Assembly: GCA_964016885.1 (NCBI GenBank)
Contig: OZ024741.1
Coordinates: 130,076,001-130,140,000, forward strand
Length of the DNA stretch: 64,000 nt
From: Eledone cirrhosa
Taxonomy: Eukaryota
Direction of reading: 5' to 3'
Shown piece after piece: positions 54,766 through 64,000 of the stretch. Made by a program: the position numbers and the translations under genes. Below the pieces are notes generated by a model, which was not told the DNA's origin, ran no database searches, and saw only the letters and a list, made by a program, of their open reading frames with translations. Position 1 is the first letter of the stretch. The number at the start of each line of letters is the position of its first letter.

Positions 54766-56300
54766 AAGAACACAAGAGCGTCTACAACATCAAAAGATTT
54801 TTATTGGCTAACAATGTTTCTTCCTTACGTGTAACCGTAGGATTCATCAGAGCTATAAAAGGGGTTTGATTGGTGTTATGGACTCTACCAACCAAACACC
54901 CAAGAACAAAGAGTAAAGAGAGTAAAGAGCAAAAGTAGGGGACGATAAGTCTAATTTTGGTGCGGGAGGGTGGGGTGTTGGTCCTTGTTTACTAGCTGCG
55001 GTCATATTCATTCCCGGGGGTCGGGTGGTTAGCTGAACCATAGATGGGGTGGCGTCGATAGTATGGTGCAGAGGGTGCGCAGAGGCTACACAAACACAAA
55101 GGGCGTAGAATACATATATACATATAGCGGAGGAGAAGGTACATGAGGTAATTAGAAATGGAGAAAGAGTAATAATAATAATCTATAATTAATAGTGTAT
55201 AATAAGGCATGGGGAGATTACACTATAATAAGGTATAAAGGTAAGAATAAGGTAAAATATAAAGGAGGATAAAAGTGGAAATAATAATAAAGATAAAAAA
55301 TATATAGAGAATATATAAGGAAATATAAGCGAATATTTGGAGGGGAAAATACAATGTAAAAAAACCGATTTTTTTCAAACAATAATAAAAATATAATAAT
55401 TATGGGGGGAGAAAACAGGATAGAGAAATATGATCAAATGTGATTCGTTGAGAGAATATAGGATGATAACAGTTGTGTCACATCTGTTATCATCCTATAT
55501 TCTCTCAACGAATCACACTTGATCATATTTCTCTATCCTGTTTTCTCCCCCCATAATTATTATATTTTTATTATTGTTTGAAAAAAATCGGTTTCTTTAC
55601 ATTGTATTTTCCCCTCCAAATATTCGCTTATATTTCCTTATATATTCTCTATATATTTTTTATCTTTATTATTATTTCCACTTTTATCCTCCTTTATATT
55701 TTACCTTATTCTTACCTTTATACCTTATTATAGTGTAATCTCCCCCATGCCTTATTATACGCTATTAATTATAGATTATTATTATTACTACTCTTTCTCC
55801 ATTTCTAATTACCTCATGTACCTTCTCCTCCGCTATATGTATATATGTATTCTACGCCCTTTGTGTTTGTGTAGCCTCTGCGCACCCTCTGCACCATACT
55901 ATCGACGCCACCCCATCTATGGTTCAGCTAACCACCCGACCCCCGGGAATGAATATGACCGCAGCTAGTAAACAAGGACCAACACCCCACCCTCCCGCAC
56001 CAAAATTAGACTTATCGTCCCCTACTTTTGCTCTTTACTCTCTTTACTCTTTGTTCTTGGGTGTTTGGTTGGTAGAGTCCATAACACCAATCAAACCCCT
56101 TTTATAGCTCTGATGAATCCTACGGTTACACGTAAGGAAGAAACATTGTTAGCCAATAAAAATCTTTTAATGTTGTAGACGCTCTTGTGTTCTTTTTCAT
56201 ATATACGGCTCTGCTCCAAAGCATAGAGCTAATTATTATGCTGCCAATACCTTAACGGGACACGGGTATATAATACCTAACTCCTACTAACCTAAGTATT
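54760..56300. mobile_element. About 1.44-kb near-perfect palindrome (arms 54760-55477 and 55479-56200) with an HHR on each arm, plus a 100-bp right extension
   Basis: Identical ORFs on opposite strands (54853-55041 and 55919-56107). HHR 56107-56153 is GCT-CTGATGA-stemII-GAAA-CATTG-TT-AGC; its mirror is 54807-54853. Confidence 0.9.
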
Positions 56301-56314
56301 ATATATATATATAT

Positions 56315-57130
56315 AGTAATAATAATAAATTTGAAGACTAAAATCCACAGAGGGCTCGATAAGGATAAATATATATCAAATATATAAGAACCATAGAGCA
56401 AATATTTATTAAAATAACAGATGAAAGTTTAAGCAAAGAATCGCTGCTTTCACCCTTAACGGGATCTTCTGAAACTAACAAAGTCAATCTGTAAACGCAG
56501 AAGTGGATATTTCAAAAAACGTTGCAACCGGAGGAAGACAGGAAGACGATACTTTGGTTCGTGGAAACGTTCCCTGGCAAAGAACGGGAAAAAACGAATA
56601 TAATACGTCATTAATAGGAGCGGTGAAAAACAATTACGCGCAAAGACAGAACCACGTTTATGGTATAAAAGAGGTCGTAGACTAATGTTCTCTTAGGTAG
56701 TTCATAGAGACGTTCTCTGGCAATGAACGAAAAAAACGAAGAAAGGGCGGTGGATTGGCAGTATCGGTAGAGGGTCGGACGCCATGCTTTCCAGCATAGT
56801 TACGTCCCTTTACGATCTGAGTTCAAATCCCGCCGAGGTTGACTTTGCTTTTCATCCTTACGGGGTCGATAAAATAAAGTACCAGTAATGAACTGGGTAA
56901 TTGCTGGCCTTGTGCCTAAAGTAGAAACAATTATATTCGTTTTTTCCCGTTCTTTGCAAGGGAACTTTTCCACGAACCAAAGTATCGTCTTCCTGTCTTC
57001 CTCCGGTTGCAACGTTTTTTGAAATATCCACTTCTCCGTTTACAGACTGACTTTGTTAGTTTCAGAAGATCCTGTTAAGGGTGAAAGCAGCGATTCTGTG
57101 CTTAAACTTTAATCTGTTATTTTAATAAAT
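56315..57130 (-). mobile_element. Fold-back element of the 15562 family containing a SINE at the turn
   Basis: 56400-56603 is inverted at 56930-57130. Confidence 0.75.
56744..56930 (+). mobile_element. SINE family A
   Basis: GGGCGGTGGATTGGCAGTATCGGTAGAG...GAGTTCAAATCCCGCCGAGG. Confidence 0.85.
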
Positions 57131-57151
57131 ATATATATATATATATATATA

Positions 57152-57860
57152 TAAACAAACAAACAGCCCGAATTACGCCGTACAGTGTTTAGGGAACCAC
57201 GTCACCTTTTTGTTCAACACTGACACAGGAACGATGTACTAGTTTCAAGCTTATTAGCTATCGCCAGCATCGTATACCTTCCTGCCAGATGGTTGAACGT
57301 TTGAAAGTATATACTTTCCTTATGTATATTAACGGCTGAGCAGCCTAATTTGCATATCGAGTGAGTTCAGTCGGCCGGGCACACCGAAAACGATAAATGG
57401 AATAGAATGAAACGAAATTTCATTTCTCACTCTTAGTACGGCAGTGACTTAAATGTAAGTATGTATGTATGTATACGTACATACAGACGTACAGTTGTAT
57501 GTATATCTATACACACATGCACACATATATATATGCACGTATCGGTTTGCCGAACATTTATTATAATGCCCGGTTTGTTTGTTTGTAAACAAAACAAAAT
57601 AAAAAAAAAAGGTGAGTTGGTTGCCTAAACTCTGTACGGCGTAATTCGGGCTGTTTGTTTGTTTACAAACAAACAAACCGAGCATTATAATAAATGTTCG
57701 GCAAACCGATACGTGCATATATATATGTGTGCATATGTGTATATATATATACATACTACTGTACGTTTGTATACATATATGTATGCACGTATACATACAT
57801 ACTTACATTTAAGCAAGTGCCGTACTAAGAGTGAGAAATGAAATTTCGTTTCATTCTATC
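57152..57860. mobile_element. Double fold-back element (A..B A' B'), same family as 12910-13290
   Basis: 57152-57210 is inverted at 57608-57665; 57400-57590 is inverted at 57662-57860. Confidence 0.7.
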
Positions 57861-57861
57861 C

Positions 57862-57937
<76 letters not shown>

Positions 57938-57942
<5 letters not shown>

Positions 57943-58108
57943 AAAGAGTCAGGACCCCGACGGGTGAGCTCCGGCCGCTGTGACAGCTAGATCCGAACTT
58001 CGGATCTAGCTGTCCTGAACCTATTCCTATTACCCACTCTACTACTCTAAGTATCAAGTACTCTGGTGCGTTATGGTTCACCTGGTCCATTACCACACTT
58101 TCTTTGTT
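57938..58108 (+). mobile_element. GCCGTC family variant with hairpin GACAGCTAGATCCGAA/TTCGGATCTAGCTGTC
   Basis: Shares the 3' body TATTACCCACTCTACTAC...GGTGCGTTATGGT. Confidence 0.7.
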
Positions 58109-58985
58109 ATATATATTTATTTATATTTATTTTTTCGTTTCAGTATTTCTTGCTTCGCTTTTCTTCTGGGCGGGGTGGATTCTGAATTTATTTCTCCGTA
58201 TTCTACCTTTATTTCGTACGAACTTTCATGTAGCTTGTTTTAGATCTTTTAGAGTTAGCATTAGTATATATTTTTCTCGGGACTCAGAATTATTATCTCG
58301 TACAAGTTCACTTTGCTGCACTGGGTCTTTGCTGGCCCGGGATGGAAACCTTTATTGTTTATTTCGTGGTAGTCTCTTTAGTATTTTGGCCCCTTTTGTT
58401 GACCCGTCACCGTATCATTTACGTACTTATACCTCTTAAAAGGGTCCTTGCCTATTCCGTCCCACCTAGTTCTTTTACTTATTTCGTTATTTCTTTATTT
58501 ATTTATTTCTTTACTTCTTTCTTTCTTTCTTTATTTTATTCTAGCCTAACAATAGCCTGAGACCTAGGTCGTAGAATTTAATTTACTTTACTTTTTCTTT
58601 ACACTTATTTGCTTTTCTTCACTCTCAGTATTTTTTCTTTCATATATATTTCTACCCCCCATTGTTCTACCTACCGTTCCGACTTCCTCCCCCTCCCCCT
58701 CCCCTGTATCTTCTTTGACCTCATGCCCAGCTGTAGCTGGCACTACCAACGCTTGATTGGGTCTACTCCACCCCCTCCCCTCTTTCTCCTACTGGCAGGT
58801 TTAGCCACCATCTCCCCTACTAATTTGCAACCACAGAATTACTACTGATTTTTGACAATCACTTTGACCATATATGGAATTACCCCTTGAGAAGATCGGC
58901 TATTTAAATACCAGGATCAATTTTCATTTAGTCCAGAATTAGCCGTCGAAACGGCTTGAGCTCAGCTGTCGGGGTCTTACTGGTT

Positions 58986-59058
<73 letters not shown>

Positions 59059-59447
59059 ATTAAAAGGTTAATTATTCTCTAATTCTTAAACATCTCAATG
59101 AACGGATAAAATATATAGATAAAATATCTATGTATAATTTCATGATCATTATTGCCTCCTAGTTTTGAAGAATAACTTTGCTGAAGAGTGTCACGGATTC
59201 TTCCAATAGTGGTTATTCCAATTATTAGTTTCTTCCGTGAACATAACCATGGCCGATAGATAAAAGTACGGTGAATATATATTATATATTTCAACTAGAA
59301 ATATTCATCTATATCTGGCAAACGATGTATATTATATCAAGGTTCAATTTAACTTATGTACCTTTATTTATTGCCAAACGACATATCACTTAACCCGAAT
59401 CTTAAATTTTGCTTCCAGTAAAGTTAAGCTTATCTGCTCAACCTCAG

Positions 59448-59499
<52 letters not shown>

Positions 59500-60017
59500 G
59501 TATTATTTTTGACCGTTTGTCAGTCAATGGCAACATTGGGGACCGAATAAATTAGATTACCGATATAAAAGACACAGAAGCGAAAAGCGAAAACCAGCCA
59601 AACAGTGAGTGTGTTCTGTTATCAATTAAGGCAATATTACACAAATATGACCCTCCCCAAGTATAATATATATATATATATATATATATAGACACCTCTT
59701 TGGTTATGTTCACGTCCAGGGCAGATTTCTGATAGAAAAAATACTGGTTAGATCATCTCATTTCATTTTCTTTTTTCTTCTTGTTTTTGTGGTTAGAAAG
59801 AAACAACGAAAACAAATTCGAAAGTTTATTCCTCATTGGTAAAAATATTTATTTTTCTCGGTAAGACTAAAATTGTATATTTATTAAGATCCTACAGTTG
59901 TACGTTTACCCTAATTCTGCCACTCTCTCCCATTACCCCTCTTTCTCTATATATGCATGTACATATTTTATATTAGACGAGATAAGTACCAATCTCAGAC
60001 ATAAAAGTAAAACAAGG

Positions 60018-60077
<60 letters not shown>

Positions 60078-60133
60078 TTCAAGAGTAACCAATCTTAAAG
60101 AGAGAGATGGAGATAGGCGAGGAGATAGGAGAA

Positions 60134-60189
<56 letters not shown>

Positions 60190-60193
60190 AGAA

Positions 60194-60229
<36 letters not shown>

Positions 60230-60272
60230 AGAATGAATATATATATATATATTACTTTTCTGTCTGAGATTG

Positions 60273-60366
<94 letters not shown>

Positions 60367-60505
60367 AACCACAGACCTTCCATCTCAACTCTACTTTTGA
60401 AAAGCAGAAGAACTGCGAAACCGGTAAAGGAACCAAATAAATATATATATTTAAAAAAAAAATAAAACTCCAGTTGCATTTTCGATTTCATCTTTTTTTC
60501 TTTTT

Positions 60506-61095
<590 letters not shown>

Positions 61096-61097
<2 letters not shown>

Positions 61098-61282
61098 CGA
61101 AGGAGTTGTGGTAAGGAACCAGATAGACCATAACGCACCAGAGTACTCAATACTTAGTGTAGTAGAGTGGGCAATAGGAAATTGTATGACCCCGACGGCA
61201 GAGCTCAAGCCGTTTCAACGGCTATTTCTGAGTCCAGAAATAGCCGTCGAAATGGGTTGAGCTCTGCCGTCGGGGTCATACA
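61096..61282 (-). mobile_element. GCCGTC short fold-back family copy
   Basis: Hairpin centred on CTGAGTCCAG. Confidence 0.8.
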
Positions 61283-62007
61283 TATTTCTCTCTCTATATA
61301 TATATTGAAAACATATCTACTTATTACTATGTATATTACCACGCACAAGAAATGATCATACCACCATCATACGACCATCATCGGAAACTGAACGCGGGTT
61401 GAGCTGGTTGCAAGGTGCAAACAAACATTATCAATGTAAATAAAATATATTTACGTGTCTGAAACGGGGTCAAAACGCGGCGAAGGTGTGAATTGGTGGG
61501 GTGATGTTGAAGGGATATTGTTTGCGTGAAGAGGAAATACGAGTTATATGCTGTTGGGTGGTATGGGAGATTGTTAGATAAGACTGACCTGAAGCTGAAT
61601 AAGGAAAGTTGCCTGTCGTCACTGGTTTAATTTTTTAAAGATAAACAAAGACAACGCGAAGACGCGGATGTTACGATAAGGGTAGACCAACTAATACCCC
61701 TACGAGACCCACACAACTGTTTACTACTTCTATATATAGCTATAAATATGTAGATATATGTATATATATAAAGATAGAATGTTGTTTACTACATGTTTAT
61801 TTACGTGTCTGCATGTCTATCTGTTGTTATTAGTGATGTTGTTATTGGTTAAGACCAGATGCACTCAGATCGTGCAGATCCATGGTAGTACGGTTGAGAA
61901 GTTTGTATGCCAGTGGGTATTCCTATGTTCAATCCCAATACGTGGTATGGTGTGAATAAGGCTTCTAGAATAGCCTATGGTAGAATTATGCCCTGTAAGT
62001 GAAACGA

Positions 62008-62051
<44 letters not shown>

Positions 62052-62079
62052 GTATATATATATATATATATATATATAA

Positions 62080-62272
62080 AGATTCAGAAGCCTGACGGCT
62101 GAGCTCCGGCACTTTCGACAGCTAGATGCGAACTGTTCGGATCTAGCTGTCGAAACGGCCGCAGCTCAGCCGTCGGGTTCCTGAATCTTTTGATATTACC
62201 CACTCTACTACCCCAAGTATTGAGTACTCTGGTGGGTTATGTTCTAGCTGGTTTTTACCACACCCTATTTGA
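62080..62272 (+). mobile_element. GCCGTC short fold-back family variant
   Basis: GACGGCTGAGCT...GACAGCTAGAT/ATCTAGCTGTC...AGCTCAGCCGTC. Confidence 0.75.
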
Positions 62273-62349
62273 TATATATATATATACATATACACATGCA
62301 CAGACACAGACATACACACACACACACACACACACATGCACAGACACAG

Positions 62350-62393
<44 letters not shown>

Positions 62394-62537
62394 ACATATA
62401 TATATATATATATACACGTACATAGTCACGCACATATATGCATGCATATATACACACATACAGATATATATGTCGCTGCATAGCCAAATGACTGAAAGCA
62501 GTAAAAGAATAAAAGAATATACACATCTCTCTCTCAT

Positions 62538-62691
<154 letters not shown>

Positions 62692-62707
62692 TTTATAATA
62701 TTTATAT

Positions 62708-62758
62708 ATTGTTATACTTTGGGAGGGTCATGTTGCCAATAAGATAAATTCAGAAACG

Positions 62759-62804
<46 letters not shown>

Positions 62805-63180
62805 ATACTTTGGGAGGGTCATGTTGCCAATAAGAAACACACGCACCAGTTGCTTTCACTTCAATTTATTATATATTTATAAATTTATAAATTTACAAAT
62901 CTACAAACTTATAAATTTCTGGTTGGTTGGTTTCACAACCAGATAGTTGTTTATATATATAGTCATAGTTCTTTCGTCACACACTCTGTGACCTCTTCAG
63001 TGACTGGGGATTCCTTTCTTTGTTTCTGTGCCTCTCCTTTGTTATATATATAATAAATTGAAGTGAAAGCAACTGGTGCGTGTGTTTCTTATTGGCAACA
63101 TGACCCTCCCAAAGTATAACAATATCGGTTCAACACACGATTTCAGATAAAGAATCTTGCTAAACAAATTCAGAAACGAA
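62708..63180. mobile_element. Copies of the 12337-12730 inverted-repeat family: one 50-bp deleted unit and one fold-back
   Basis: TGTTATACTTTGGGAGGGTCATGTTGCCAATAAG at 62711 and 62802, inverted at 63088-63122. Confidence 0.75.
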
Positions 63181-63219
63181 ATATATATATATATATATAT
63201 ATCATACAACATGTCTATA

Positions 63220-64000
63220 GAATCACCAGATAAAATATATACCATTTCCTCTCCCAATTAGCATAATTAACCATATAAAAAATCGAATAGACCAGGCTAT
63301 AAGAATAAGGCTTCTATGAAGAAATCTCCAACAAATAACCGAAACCAGCCCTTCGCGCCGGCTGCAACGGAATATTTATCGAATATTTCGACAGCGTAAT
63401 CGCCCAGATATACAGTCAATTAAACAGAATTAGGTGTAAAATAAACTAGGAGAAAAGATGATACATTTATTTACCTCGACCATGGTTTCGTCCGCATTTT
63501 AAGATTTCCGATAACTTCAGAACCTTGAGCACCGGACTCTTCAGGAGTTTGCTCAAATCTAGACAATAAATTTTCCAAAGTGATCGCGCCAAGAATACAT
63601 TCAAAAATGGCTAAGAATCGTGACGTAGCAGCGGTCAGGTTGGAAGGAGTGTGGTTAGTTGCTTACGGCTGGTGGCTTTTTGCTAGAAGCGCAGCACAAT
63701 ACAGCCAAATTTGTATCTCAGCCTAACGGGAGATTATTACATATAAAGGTTTACATATATATATATACATACATACATATACGTGTTTTGCAACGGGTGA
63801 CTTTGTGGCTCAATGAAAAGTTAATAAATTAAATATAATCACCAGATAAAATATATACCATTTCCTCTCCCAATTTATTTTACACCTAATTCTGTTTAAT
63901 TGACTGTATATCTAGGCGATTACGCTGTCGAAATATTCGATACATATTCCGTTGCAGCCGGCGTGAAGGGCTGGTTTCGGTTATTTGTTGGAGATTTCTT
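63220..64000 (-). mobile_element. PLE-like pLTR element with a canonical HHR (63475-63547) and an inverted arm running off the window
   Basis: Minus strand CTC-CTGAAGA-GTCCG..CGGAC-GAAA-CCATGG-TC-GAG. 63319-63445 is inverted at 63875-64000. Confidence 0.8.

Noticed and set aside
54853-56107. Duplicated small proteins on opposite strands
   Set aside because: A by-product of the palindrome, with no recognisable motifs.
59178-59254. HHR at CTGAAGA...CCATGG
   Set aside because: GAAA, the cleavage triplet and stem I are missing; at best a decayed copy.

Overview
Eukaryotic, microsatellite-rich non-coding DNA made almost entirely of transposable elements. The (TA)n/(CA)n/(TGTA)n load and the SINE and LINE types resemble coleoid cephalopod (Octopus-like) genomes; that assignment is an inference. 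No host gene was recognised. Elements read from the sequence: Tx1/L1-clade LINEs, R4/Dong-type restriction-like-endonuclease retrotransposons, RTE LINEs (one nearly intact), a full-length Penelope-like element (PLE) with pseudo-LTRs, a second PLE split by a Helitron that itself carries a SINE, a deleted mariner, two tRNA-derived SINE families, a tRNA-like pseudogene and a 56-bp minisatellite. The main signal is about 14 loci with type I hammerhead ribozyme (HHR) motifs from several unrelated sequence families. Many sit in short non-coding fold-back (palindromic) elements of 0.1-1.4 kb embedded in (TA)n tracts, with the ribozyme facing outward and often present on both strands. These look like snap-back products of PLE retrotransposition or non-autonomous ribozyme hairpin elements. 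All coordinates and folds were read by eye; element boundaries may be off by some tens of bases.
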